From: Candidatus Campbellbacteria bacterium
Lineage (GTDB): Bacteria; Patescibacteriota; Minisyncoccia; Phycocordibacterales; EsbW-18
DNA: 64,000 nucleotides
Direction: 5' to 3'
Assembly: GCA_045863475.1 (NCBI GenBank)
Contig: BTUR01000002.1
Coordinates: 410-64,409 of the forward strand
Shown here piece after piece: positions 26,617 to 35,972 of this stretch. The notes below the pieces were generated by a model. The model searched no databases. It saw only the letters and a list, made by a program, of their open reading frames with translations, and had not been told where the DNA came from. The stretch's first letter is position 1, and every line of letters begins with the position of its first letter. A program made the position numbers and the translations under genes.

Positions 26617-27681
26617 ATGAGTCGCGTATATGTTGCAATGTCGGGTGGTGTTGATAGTTCAGTGTCGGCGGCGCTCCTCAAGCAAGCGGGGCACGAGGTG
26701 ACGGGTGTGTTTATAAAAACATGGCACCCACCGTTTTTGACGTGCACCTGGCGAGAAGAGCGAAAGGACGCAATGGCCGTGTGTGCGACGCTTGGCATTC
26801 CGTTCCAAACGATTGACTTGGAGGCTGAATATAAAAAAGAGGTGGTTGACTACATGCTTGCTGAGTATGCCGCGGGACGGACGCCGAATCCGGACGTTAT
26901 GTGTAACGACAAAATAAAATTTGGTGCGTTTTTTGATGCCGCACAGCGTGCCGGGGCAGAGTATGTGGCAACGGGGCACTACGCACGGGTTGTCACTGAT
27001 GCAGCGGGACAAACACACCTCCTCGCGGGTGTTGATGGTAATAAAGACCAATCATATTTTTTGTGGCGTCTGCGGCAGGAAACACTCACGCATGTGCTAT
27101 TTCCCGTCGGTGACCTGCAGAAACCGCGTGTGCGGGAACTCGCACACGAATTTGGATTGCCAGTCGCGGATAAAAAAGACAGTCAGGGCGTTTGTTTCTT
27201 AGGTCATGTTGATATTAAGGATTTTTTGAAACGATTTATTACCATCACACCAGGGAGCGTGTTGGACGAAACGGGGGGGGTTATCGGCACGCATGACGGT
27301 GCGATCCTCTACACGCTCGGACAACGGCACGGTTTTTCGGTGACGCGCAAGCAGCCTGAAGACGGTGCGTTTTATGTTGTCGCGAAAAACGTGTCAGAGA
27401 ACACCATTACGGTGTCGCGGCACCTTACAACAACGAATACGTTCGACGTGTCATCGGTTGTGCTTGAAAATTGCAATTGGGTTGCGGGTGTTGCAGCTGA
27501 AAGCGGCGAGTACCTCGCGCGGTTCCGCTATCGCCAGCCGCTGTTTGAATGTGTCTATGATGCTGACACGGCGGCCGTACGTTTTTCCTCCCCGCAGAAA
27601 TCTGTTGCGCCAGGCCAGTCGCTGACACTGTATCGCGGAGACGAACTTATCGGCGGCGGTGTGGTTAGTGCAGTGTCGTGA
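26617..27681 (+). CDS. mnmA: tRNA 2-thiouridylase MnmA
   Basis: AMSGGVDSS, TPNPDVMCN, ATGHY, KDQSYFL, DSQGVCF. Confidence 0.97.
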   Translation: MSRVYVAMSGGVDSSVSAALLKQAGHEVTGVFIKTWHPPFLTCTWREERKDAMAVCATLGIPFQTIDLEAEYKKEVVDYMLAEYAAGRTPNPDVMCNDKIKFGAFFDAAQRAGAEYVATGHYARVVTDAAGQTHLLAGVDGNKDQSYFLWRLRQETLTHVLFPVGDLQKPRVRELAHEFGLPVADKKDSQGVCFLGHVDIKDFLKRFITITPGSVLDETGGVIGTHDGAILYTLGQRHGFSVTRKQPEDGAFYVVAKNVSENTITVSRHLTTTNTFDVSSVVLENCNWVAGVAAESGEYLARFRYRQPLFECVYDADTAAVRFSSPQKSVAPGQSLTLYRGDELIGGGVVSAVS

Positions 27682-27698
27682 TGTGATACGATACAAGC

Positions 27699-28526
27699 AT
27701 GCTCGTCACTAAACTTGACGGAACACTTGAAGAATTTGAGCCGCAGAAGCTCGCTGACTCGCTCCGCCGTGCGGGTGCAGCAGAAGATGTTGTTCAGTCC
27801 ATCGTTTCACATATTGAAAAAGAAGTGGCCGAGGGAATGACGACGTCGCATATCTACAAACAGGCGCTGCACATGCTGCGAAAAACGACGCACGCGCCTG
27901 TTGCCGCACGCTACTCATTGCGGCGCGCTATTCTTGAGCTCGGCCCGTCAGGGTATCCGTTTGAGCAGTTGCTTGGCGAGGTGCTGCGTTCAAAAGGCTA
28001 CAAAATCGACGTCGGCGCAACGCTCAGAGGAAAGTGCGTGACGCACGAAATCGATGTCGTGGCGCAAAACGATAAAGAGCTTATTTTAGTTGAGGCGAAA
28101 TTTCATAACGCGCAGGGGTTCAAGACCGATGTGAAAGTTGCGTTGTATATCCACGCACGAATGCTTGATTTGCGCGACAACCACTATGACAATCTCTGTC
28201 CGCCGGGTGGCACCTGTTCGTCGTGGCTTGTGACGAATACAAAATTTACCGAAAACGCAATTGCATACGGCAAATGCGCGGGCATGCACCTCATTGGCTG
28301 GGGATATCCGCACCACGGGCACCTTGAACAACTTATTGAAGAGACAAAACTGCACCCGCTGTCGTGTCTGACGACGCTGTCGCAAAAGGAACGCCAGATT
28401 ATGTATCAACGCGGCATCGTGTTGTGTAAGGACGTGACGCAGAATCCGAACGTGTTGGAAAGTGTCGGTGTCACCGGTAAGAAAGTTGATGCGGTGTTGC
28501 AAGAGGCGCGACGTTTGTGTGTGTAA
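27699..28526 (+). CDS. ATP-cone + Mrr-like restriction endonuclease domain protein
   Basis: VTKLDG…F…K ATP cone; FE…EIDV…VEAK nuclease motif. Confidence 0.85.
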   Translation: MLVTKLDGTLEEFEPQKLADSLRRAGAAEDVVQSIVSHIEKEVAEGMTTSHIYKQALHMLRKTTHAPVAARYSLRRAILELGPSGYPFEQLLGEVLRSKGYKIDVGATLRGKCVTHEIDVVAQNDKELILVEAKFHNAQGFKTDVKVALYIHARMLDLRDNHYDNLCPPGGTCSSWLVTNTKFTENAIAYGKCAGMHLIGWGYPHHGHLEQLIEETKLHPLSCLTTLSQKERQIMYQRGIVLCKDVTQNPNVLESVGVTGKKVDAVLQEARRLCV

Positions 28527-28557
28527 TGTTTTATATATAAAAATGTAACGTACGTAT

Positions 28558-29028
28558 ATGGAGTCATTTATTTCATTTTTAAACGATTCGCACGCCGTGC
28601 AGTTGCTTGTCGCACTGCTCCTCGGTGTGTTTGTTGGCGCTGAGCGCTCACGGGCGGGGAAGACGGCGGGATTGCGCACGTACGGCCTCGTGTCACTCGG
28701 TTCATGTCTCTTTGTGCTTGTCTCGGTTGCGGTTGTGCCGTCGGTGGTCGGTGTCACCGGTGCTGACGTCATGCGCGTTGTTGCGGGTGTGGTCACTGGT
28801 ATCGGCTTCTTGGGTGCCGGCGCCATCATCATGCGTGGGGAGACACTCACGGGACTCACGACTGCAGCAGGGCTGTGGGTATCCGCCGGCATCGGTGTTG
28901 CGGTTGCCCTTGAACTCTACGCACTGGCAGTTGTAACAACCGTCCTGACCTTACTGGCGTTTACTGTTTTGTGGTCTGTGGAACACAAGGTTGTGGGTGT
29001 TGATGACAAAATAGACGGGAACTACTAA
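28558..29028 (+). CDS. MgtC/SapB family membrane protein
   Basis: AGLRT, GIGFLGAGAI, GLTTAA. Confidence 0.93.
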   Translation: MESFISFLNDSHAVQLLVALLLGVFVGAERSRAGKTAGLRTYGLVSLGSCLFVLVSVAVVPSVVGVTGADVMRVVAGVVTGIGFLGAGAIIMRGETLTGLTTAAGLWVSAGIGVAVALELYALAVVTTVLTLLAFTVLWSVEHKVVGVDDKIDGNY

Positions 29029-29089
29029 CTTGACTTTTTTGACATTTGTGTAGTATAATCTACACGGATTCCGAAAGGAGAGATTTCCG

Positions 29090-29362
29090 ATGGCAAAGGC
29101 CTTCTACCGAAAGGAAGAGGCTCTTGAGAGGGGTTTTTGCCCGAGCTGTGGCTGGGAAAAGGACAACGAGGACAGGTCGCAGTCGAACTGTTTCGACTGC
29201 TGTGTCCTCCCGCCGACCACCCGGACTCGCTCAGCAACCCCGACCTCTCCCAAGAGACAGTCGAGGCGAAGCACTCCGAAGAGCGTTGCTTACCGCAAGG
29301 TGCAGTCGCTCTGCCAGATGGCCGAGTCTCGGAACAACCCGAGACGCACGCCGCGCTGGTGA
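29090..29362 (+). CDS. Orphan Cys-rich basic protein, 90 aa (cassette)
   Basis: TATAAT 29054, GAAAGGAG SD, CxxC…CxxC, terminator 29381-29420. Confidence 0.6.
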   Translation: MAKAFYRKEEALERGFCPSCGWEKDNEDRSQSNCFDCCVLPPTTRTRSATPTSPKRQSRRSTPKSVAYRKVQSLCQMAESRNNPRRTPRW

Positions 29363-29438
29363 AGGTCTCCCTCGCACATGGTCCCCAAAGCGGTTTTCCG
29401 CAGCGGGGGCTTTCTTTTTTCATGGTACACTGCACGCT

Positions 29439-30233
29439 ATGGCAGGATATCGGCAAAAACTTTTTGACCCGGAGTCGAAAGAGCCGTTCAAGCTCTCTCG
29501 TTCCAAAATCGATCTCTTTACGCAGTGCCCTCGTTGCTTTTATCTCGACCGACGCCTCGGTGTTTCGCGCCCCTCGATGCCCGGCTTTACGCTCAACGTC
29601 GCAGTCGACCATCTTTTAAAGAAGGAATTTGATACGCACCGCGCAGCCGGCAGCGCGCATCCGCTCATGCAACAGTACGGCGTTGATGCGGTGCCGTTTG
29701 ATCACGTCAATATGGATGTGTGGCGCGAGAACTTCAAGGGTGTTCAGTACACAGATCCGGAAACGAACTTTTTGATTACCGGTGCCGTTGACGATATTTG
29801 GGTAAATTCCAAAGGAGAACTTCACGTCGTTGATTACAAAGCAACGTCAAAAGAAGAGGACCCGAACCTCGACGGTATCTGGCAGCAGGGATACAAGCGG
29901 CAAATGGAGGTGTACCAATGGCTGCTGCGTAAAAACGGATTTGATGTTTCAAACACCGGCTACTTTGTGTACGTGAACGGCAAGAAAGACCGCGCGGCGT
30001 TTGATGCAAAACTTGAGTTTGATGTGCTTCTCATTCCGTACGACGGTGATGATGCGTGGATAGCAACAACACTTGCCGCCGCGCGCGAAACGCTTTCAAA
30101 GAATGAGTTGCCGCCGGTCGGAGACCGCTGTGAGTACTGTCCATACCGTGAAGCAGCGGGCAAGTCGCTGCAGGCGCTCGTTAAAAAAGGTCATGCAAAA
30201 CAAAAAGAAGGAGAAGAAACCCTTTTCGGGTAG
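29439..30233 (+). CDS. PD-(D/E)xK nuclease (AddB/Cas4-like)
   Basis: LSRS…CPRCFY, GAVDD, VDYKAT, Q.E.Y, CEYC. Confidence 0.9.
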   Translation: MAGYRQKLFDPESKEPFKLSRSKIDLFTQCPRCFYLDRRLGVSRPSMPGFTLNVAVDHLLKKEFDTHRAAGSAHPLMQQYGVDAVPFDHVNMDVWRENFKGVQYTDPETNFLITGAVDDIWVNSKGELHVVDYKATSKEEDPNLDGIWQQGYKRQMEVYQWLLRKNGFDVSNTGYFVYVNGKKDRAAFDAKLEFDVLLIPYDGDDAWIATTLAAARETLSKNELPPVGDRCEYCPYREAAGKSLQALVKKGHAKQKEGEETLFG

Positions 30234-30492
30234 TACGACCGCGTTTGCGCAAAAGGTGTACGCAGTCGTCGCAAAAATTCCGAAAGGCATGATGATGACG
30301 TACGCGGGGGTTGCAAAGTGCGCCGGGCGCCCACACGCCGCGCGCGCCGTGGGAACCATCATGAGCCGCAATCGCGATACACGCGTGCCGTGTCATCGCG
30401 TCATTCGCTCCGACGGCGGGATGGGCGGGTACGCGTTCGGCGGTCCCGCAAAGAAACGCGCTCTCCTCAAGCGGGAAGGCGCCATGCTATAA
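30193..30492 (+). CDS. MGMT/Ogt-like alkyltransferase (C-terminal domain only)
   Basis: IPKG…TY, ARAVG, PCHRV, LL..EG. Confidence 0.88.
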   Translation: MQNKKKEKKPFSGSTTAFAQKVYAVVAKIPKGMMMTYAGVAKCAGRPHAARAVGTIMSRNRDTRVPCHRVIRSDGGMGGYAFGGPAKKRALLKREGAML

Positions 30493-30502
30493 TCAGCGTG
30501 CC

Positions 30503-31054
30503 ATGGCATATAATTTCACACACCTGAAGACAAAAACGAAAGAAATCGGCGACTGGCTCGGGAAGGAACTTTCTGCAATTCACACCGGTCGTGCAAGCGC
30601 CGCGCTTCTTGACGGTATCCGTGTGTCTGCATACGGCAGCATGATGCCGATTAATCAACTCGCCAACATCGGTGTTGAAGACGCGCGCACAGTGCGCATT
30701 ACGCCGTGGGATCACAGCGTGGCCAGCGGTATTGAAAAAGCGATTCAAGACGCGTCGCTCGGCGTATCAGTCGGCAACGACGGCAAGGGTATACGCGTTT
30801 CGTTTCCGGAGCTGACCGGCGAGAGTCGGGAGAAGTACGTGAAAATTGTCGGCAAGAAGCTCGAAGAAGCACGCATTTCGGTACGTTCTGCTCGTGAGGA
30901 AGTATGGAGCGATATTCAGAAACAGGAGAAGGATGGCGCAATGAGCGAAGATGACAAATTCCGCGCGAAAGAAGAAATGGAAAAAATAATCAAAGAAGGC
31001 AACGAGGCGCTCGACGCACTCGCTGAGAAAAAGGAAAAGGAAATCCTCGGCTAG
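30503..31054 (+). CDS. frr: Ribosome recycling factor
   Basis: TGRA, PELT.E.R, SEDD, KEKEI. Confidence 0.97.
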   Translation: MAYNFTHLKTKTKEIGDWLGKELSAIHTGRASAALLDGIRVSAYGSMMPINQLANIGVEDARTVRITPWDHSVASGIEKAIQDASLGVSVGNDGKGIRVSFPELTGESREKYVKIVGKKLEEARISVRSAREEVWSDIQKQEKDGAMSEDDKFRAKEEMEKIIKEGNEALDALAEKKEKEILG

Positions 31055-31055
31055 C

Positions 31056-32159
31056 ATGACCGTTATTCTTTTCATCGTCGTACTTGCAGTGCTCGTGTTC
31101 GCGCATGAACTCGGGCATTTTCTTGCTGCGAAACAGTGCGGTGTTCGCGTCAGTGAGTTCGGTATCGGATTCCCGCCGCGCTTGTATGCCTGGAAACCGG
31201 CGGCAAGCGAAACGACCTACTCTATAAACTGGATACCGTTCGGCGGTTTTGTGAAGCTCTTCAAAGAAGACGAAGATACCGGCGCACTGCCCCGTGAAGA
31301 ATTTGAGAAGACACTTGATGCACGGCCGTGGTGGCAGAGACTGTGGGTGTTGTTCGCCGGCGTCTTTTTCAACGTGCTGTTGGCATGGGGACTACTGTCC
31401 ATCGGGCTGTTCATTGGATTGCCGATGTCCGTAGATGAAGACACACGGGGCGTCGTTGGGGAGCCTTCGGTTGTTGCAATTCACGTGGAAGAAAATACAC
31501 CCGCATATGAAGCGGGGTTTATCCCGGGCGACGTTGTTCTGGCGGTTGTTGACGAAGAGGGCGAGCAGTCCGGTTCGTCTATTGAAGATGTGCAGGCATT
31601 CATAGCCGCCCACGAAGGGAAGGAACTCTCATTTACCGTACAGCGCAAGGATGTGGAAGAAACGCTCGTTGCGATGCCTGTTGCGCGCGAGCTAGACGGG
31701 GAGACGCGGGCGGTCGTGGGTATCGCACTGGACACTGTGGCGGTTGTTCGTTTGCCGGTGTGGGACGCACTTGTTACCGGCGGGAAGACGACGCTGTTTG
31801 CACTCAAGGCGGTTGCCATCGGTCTCGGGGAATTTCTTTTCCAGGCGGTTACGGGTCGCGCGGACTTCTCACAAGTCGCAGGGCCGGTCGGTATTGCAGG
31901 GCTTACCGGAGATGCGGCGCGCCTGGGACTTGCGGCACTCCTGTCATTTGCAGCGATGCTGTCGCTCAACCTCGCAATCATCAACTTGGTTCCGTTTCCG
32001 GCGCTTGATGGCGGGCGCATACTTTTCACCTTCATTGAGGTGGTGAAAGGGTCTCCGATACGGCCGAGCATCGCCAACACAATGAACTTCATCGGATTTG
32101 CACTCCTTATTTTATTGATGATCGCGGTGACTATCCACGACATCCTGAAGCTTTTGTAG
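31056..32159 (+). CDS. rseP: RIP metalloprotease RseP
   Basis: HELGH, GFPP, AG…N, PDZ domain, NLVPFPALDGG. Confidence 0.95.
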   Translation: MTVILFIVVLAVLVFAHELGHFLAAKQCGVRVSEFGIGFPPRLYAWKPAASETTYSINWIPFGGFVKLFKEDEDTGALPREEFEKTLDARPWWQRLWVLFAGVFFNVLLAWGLLSIGLFIGLPMSVDEDTRGVVGEPSVVAIHVEENTPAYEAGFIPGDVVLAVVDEEGEQSGSSIEDVQAFIAAHEGKELSFTVQRKDVEETLVAMPVARELDGETRAVVGIALDTVAVVRLPVWDALVTGGKTTLFALKAVAIGLGEFLFQAVTGRADFSQVAGPVGIAGLTGDAARLGLAALLSFAAMLSLNLAIINLVPFPALDGGRILFTFIEVVKGSPIRPSIANTMNFIGFALLILLMIAVTIHDILKLL

Positions 32160-32212
32160 ATAAAAAAATCGAGCCGCGGCGCCTCTCTGGGGCGTCGCGG
32201 CTTCGTACGTCT

Positions 32213-32473
32213 TCACACGGGAACGGCATGCTCGTCGTAGGAGATGTCGGTTCCTGACAGCGCCGAGAGGAGTGCCAGATTGCGATCGGCGTCCGACATC
32301 GGGTCATGTCGCAGGTCTTCGATGAGCTCGCTCGCGGCGCGAAGATGCTTCTCGACCTTGTTGCGGCGCTCTCCCGCAGGAAGCTGTCCTATCTGCTTGA
32401 GCAGTCCGCTGATGCGTACCTTGAAGTTCCCGATCCAGTGTTCGTGTCCGGAATGCGGAGCAATCTTCCTCAT
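32213..32473 (-). CDS. Orphan helical protein, 86 aa (cassette)
   Basis: TGnTACGAT promoter, GGGAGG SD, terminator 32162-32204. Confidence 0.65.
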   Translation of the reverse strand: MRKIAPHSGHEHWIGNFKVRISGLLKQIGQLPAGERRNKVEKHLRAASELIEDLRHDPMSDADRNLALLSALSGTDISYDEHAVPV

Positions 32474-32556
32474 GGTTTCCTCCCGGGTGGTCGTTCTGCC
32501 CGGCATCGTACCACACTTCTTGTTGAAAATGCGACCACCACGTACAATGTTTTTAT

Positions 32557-33816
32557 ATGCGACAATCACAGCTGTTTACCAAAACACGAAAAGAAGCGCC
32601 GTCGGACGAAGTGGCGAAGAACGCACAACTGCTTATTCGTGCCGGGTTTGTGCACAAAGAAATGGCGGGGGTGTACGACTTGCTTCCGTTGGGGTTACGT
32701 GTATTGAACAGGATACGAAAAATAATCGGGGAAGAGATGGAAAAACTTGGCTCACAAGAGATTATTATGTCGGCACTTCAGGATAAGGCGGTGTGGGAAA
32801 AAACTGATCGGTGGGATGATGAAAAAGTTGATATTTGGTTTAAATCAAAATTGAAATCAGGCAATGAAGTTGGGTTTGGATGGTCACATGAGGAGCCTAT
32901 TACAAATATGATGGTGCCGCATATCGCCAGCTATAACGATTTGCCGCGATACGTTCACCAGTTCCAAACAAAGCTTCGAAATGAGACACGTGCAAAAAGC
33001 GGTCTTCTTCGTGGCAGGGAGTTTGTTATGAAGGATATGTACTCTTACGCCGTATCAGAGGAGGACCATATGGCATTTTACGAAAAAGCACAGGAAGCAT
33101 ATATGAATGTTTTTCGTCGTATGGGGTTAGGTGACATCACCTATGTTACATCGGCCTCGGGCGGCTTTTTTACCGATAAATTTAGCCATGAATTCCAAAC
33201 GCTTTGTGATGCAGGTGAAGACACAATTTATATCAACGCAAAAGAAAATTACGCCATAAACGGAGAGGTGTTCAATGCAGAGACGCTTGCAAAATTAGGA
33301 GCAAAAGAGTCTGATTTTGAAGCAAAAAAGGCGGCGGAGGTTGGGAATATATTCACGTTCGGAACAAGTAAGTGTGAGGAACTTGGTTTGATGTATACCA
33401 CAAAAGAAGGTGTGCGTGTGCCAGTGTTCCTGGGTTCGTACGGTATCGGTCTAACAAGACTGATGGCTGTTATTGCCGAAGTGTACGGTGACGAAAAAGG
33501 ATTGCGCTGGCCGAAGGAGGTCGCACCGTTTGACGTGCATGTTGTTGTGCTTGAAAGTCGCGAAGGAAAAGGCGTGCACACGTACGCTGAAAAAATTGTT
33601 ATGGAGCTTGAGCGCGAAGGCAGAGCGGTGCTCTACGATGACCGTGCTGTCTCAGCGGGAGAGAAGTTTGCGGATTCGGATCTTATCGGTATTCCGGTTC
33701 GCGTCGTCATATCGGAGAAACATCTGGAAGGGAAGACTGTCGAGCTTAAACGGCGTGACAGCGACACGGCGGAGGTTATCCCGGAGTCGGAACTTTCCCG
33801 TGCCCTTGACGCGTAG
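32557..33816 (+). CDS. proS: Prolyl-tRNA synthetase (short, no editing domain)
   Basis: MRQSQLF, LIRAGF, RNE.R…GLLRGREF.MKD.YS, GSYGIG..R. Confidence 0.96.
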   Translation: MRQSQLFTKTRKEAPSDEVAKNAQLLIRAGFVHKEMAGVYDLLPLGLRVLNRIRKIIGEEMEKLGSQEIIMSALQDKAVWEKTDRWDDEKVDIWFKSKLKSGNEVGFGWSHEEPITNMMVPHIASYNDLPRYVHQFQTKLRNETRAKSGLLRGREFVMKDMYSYAVSEEDHMAFYEKAQEAYMNVFRRMGLGDITYVTSASGGFFTDKFSHEFQTLCDAGEDTIYINAKENYAINGEVFNAETLAKLGAKESDFEAKKAAEVGNIFTFGTSKCEELGLMYTTKEGVRVPVFLGSYGIGLTRLMAVIAEVYGDEKGLRWPKEVAPFDVHVVVLESREGKGVHTYAEKIVMELEREGRAVLYDDRAVSAGEKFADSDLIGIPVRVVISEKHLEGKTVELKRRDSDTAEVIPESELSRALDA

Positions 33817-33890
33817 CTATTGTATAGCCCCTATCGTTGGATGAAATTTTGATGCCTGCAAGCGCACGTATATACTACGTGCATATATTC

Positions 33891-34955
33891 ATGTGGGAGA
33901 AACTACGACAGAGGCTGCAAGGCCTCATGAGCGATGATATTGGTATCGACCTCGGGACGGCCAATACACTGGTGTACGTCCGCGGCCGCGGCATCATCAT
34001 CAATGAACCGACGGTCGTTGCACTCAATCAAAAAACCGGTCAGGTGGTTGCTACTGGAACGGAGGCAAAACGAATGCTCGGCAGAACACCCGAACATATC
34101 GTTGCGGTGCGACCGCTTGTTGACGGTGTTATCTCCGACTTTGAAGTTGCAGAAGAATTTCTTGCGCACCTCATTCGTCGCGTACAAGAAGGAAAGAAAA
34201 AACTATTTGGTCCGCGTGTCGTCATCGGCGTTCCGTTTGGTACGACGAACGTGGAGCGAAGAGCGGTTCGTGATGCCGCGCTCAATGCCGGTGCTCGTGA
34301 GGTTCATGTTGTTGAACAGCCCATGGCAGCGGCAATCGGTATTCGACTGCCGATTGAGGATGCGTCCGGATCGATGATCGTGGACATCGGCGGCGGAACG
34401 ACCGATATCACGGTGATGTCGTTAAACGGTGTGGTTAACGGCAAAAACATCAAAGTTGCGGGAAACCGCCTCAATAATGACATCATTTCGTACATCCGGG
34501 ATGAGTTTAAAATTCTTATCGGGGAACGTACGGCCGAGGACCTCAAAATTCAGGCCGGTTCCATCATCCCAGGCCCGACACCGATTGAGGTAACTATTCG
34601 CGGACGTGACCTGGTAACGGGATTGCCGCGCGAAGTGGTTGTGACCGATGCCGATGTGCGCGAGGCAATTGCACCGTCCATTGATGCGCTTGTTGAAGCA
34701 ATCAAAGAAGTACTTGAGACGACGCCGCCGGAAATTCTCTCAGACGTCATGCGTCGCGGTATCTACCTTGTCGGCGGCGGCGCACTCATCCGCGGCTTTG
34801 ATGAATTCTTGCGCGAGTGGCTCAAGCTTCCGGTGTACATCGCCGACGATCCGCTGACGTCCGTTGCACGCGGTACGGGAATCGTTTTGGAAGACATAGA
34901 ACGTTTTGCCGAGGTAATCATTAATGAAGAACATGCGCTTCCCCCACAACTATAG
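33891..34955 (+). CDS. mreB: Rod shape-determining protein MreB
   Basis: IGIDLGTANT, RPL.DGVI, VDIGGGTT, GRDL.TGLP. Confidence 0.97.
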   Translation: MWEKLRQRLQGLMSDDIGIDLGTANTLVYVRGRGIIINEPTVVALNQKTGQVVATGTEAKRMLGRTPEHIVAVRPLVDGVISDFEVAEEFLAHLIRRVQEGKKKLFGPRVVIGVPFGTTNVERRAVRDAALNAGAREVHVVEQPMAAAIGIRLPIEDASGSMIVDIGGGTTDITVMSLNGVVNGKNIKVAGNRLNNDIISYIRDEFKILIGERTAEDLKIQAGSIIPGPTPIEVTIRGRDLVTGLPREVVVTDADVREAIAPSIDALVEAIKEVLETTPPEILSDVMRRGIYLVGGGALIRGFDEFLREWLKLPVYIADDPLTSVARGTGIVLEDIERFAEVIINEEHALPPQL

Positions 34956-35703
34956 ACGGCGACGCTTCAATACTGCGGGACTGCTTGGCATCGGCGCCTC
35001 ACTTTTTTTGGTTGTGCTCGCGGCTCTCACGCCAGATGTCCTTACCAAAACGTTTCTCGCGATAGGGCGTCCGCTACACCTCGTGCGCCAAAATACAACT
35101 GCCGCAGCCGAAGGGGCATTTGGCGGCTTTGCATCAAAAGAAGAACTGGTGGAGGATAACCGGCGCCTTACGGAGGAACTCAGAAAAGCGGAGATTAAAG
35201 CGGAATTGTTCGATGAGCTTCGCGGAAACATGTATGCGGGTCAAAGCGGCACGACGACTCTGCGCGCCGCACGCGTGCTCTCAACACCGCCGTTTTCTCC
35301 CTATGACACGCTCGTACTTGATCGCGGGTCTCGCGACGGCGTCGCGGTTGGTGACGTTGTGTCGTTTGACGACACGGTTGCACTCGGCACCATCGATACG
35401 GTGACGAATACAACTTCACGGGTGCAGCTGTACTCATCGCCCGGTACCGAGCAGTCCGTTCGCATTGGGAGTCATGACTTCCTGGTTGTTGCACGCGGGG
35501 AAGGCGGTGGCGCGTTTCGCATGCTTGTGTTGAAAGAGGAAGACGTTGGACGCGGCGACAGCGTCTTTTTGTCCGATGGTCGTCTGATGGCCCGCGTCGA
35601 AAAGGTTATTCCAAACGAATCTGACGCGTTTGCACTCGTGTATGCCGCCGTTCCGTTCAATCTTTTTGAAATCAGGGAAGTGATGATCAATCCGACCCGT
35701 TGA
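34924..35703 (+). CDS. mreC: Rod shape-determining protein MreC
   Basis: TM segment, coiled coil, LDRG..DGV..GD; follows mreB. Confidence 0.88.
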   Translation: MKNMRFPHNYRRRRFNTAGLLGIGASLFLVVLAALTPDVLTKTFLAIGRPLHLVRQNTTAAAEGAFGGFASKEELVEDNRRLTEELRKAEIKAELFDELRGNMYAGQSGTTTLRAARVLSTPPFSPYDTLVLDRGSRDGVAVGDVVSFDDTVALGTIDTVTNTTSRVQLYSSPGTEQSVRIGSHDFLVVARGEGGGAFRMLVLKEEDVGRGDSVFLSDGRLMARVEKVIPNESDAFALVYAAVPFNLFEIREVMINPTR

Positions 35704-35714
35704 TTTTAGGCGCC

Positions 35715-35972
35715 ATGCTCCGCTACCTCATCGCATTTTGTACCATTGTCAGCGCGTTTATGTTCCCGTGGTGGACGGCGCTTTTGTTTTCACTATACGG
35801 CGCGTTCCGATTCCCATGGTTTCTTGAGGCGCTCGTTGCCGGACTCATCATTGACTCCGTGTACGGCACGCACACAGTTCTCGGTGTACCCGGCATCGCG
35901 ACGGTAACCGCGCTGTGCATCGTGGGTGCCATGATGTTTTTCCGTCGGTACGTTCGCTATGAGAATCTTTAA
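35715..35972 (+). CDS. Small membrane protein in the MreD position
   Basis: Highly hydrophobic with G…D motif; lies between mreC and PBP2. Confidence 0.65.
   Translation: MLRYLIAFCTIVSAFMFPWWTALLFSLYGAFRFPWFLEALVAGLIIDSVYGTHTVLGVPGIATVTALCIVGAMMFFRRYVRYENL

Noticed and set aside
29046-29438. Long N-terminal extension of the PD-(D/E)xK ORF and alternative frame 29137-29619
   Set aside because: Both cross a terminator and lack initiation signals; they are open because the cassette is GC-rich.
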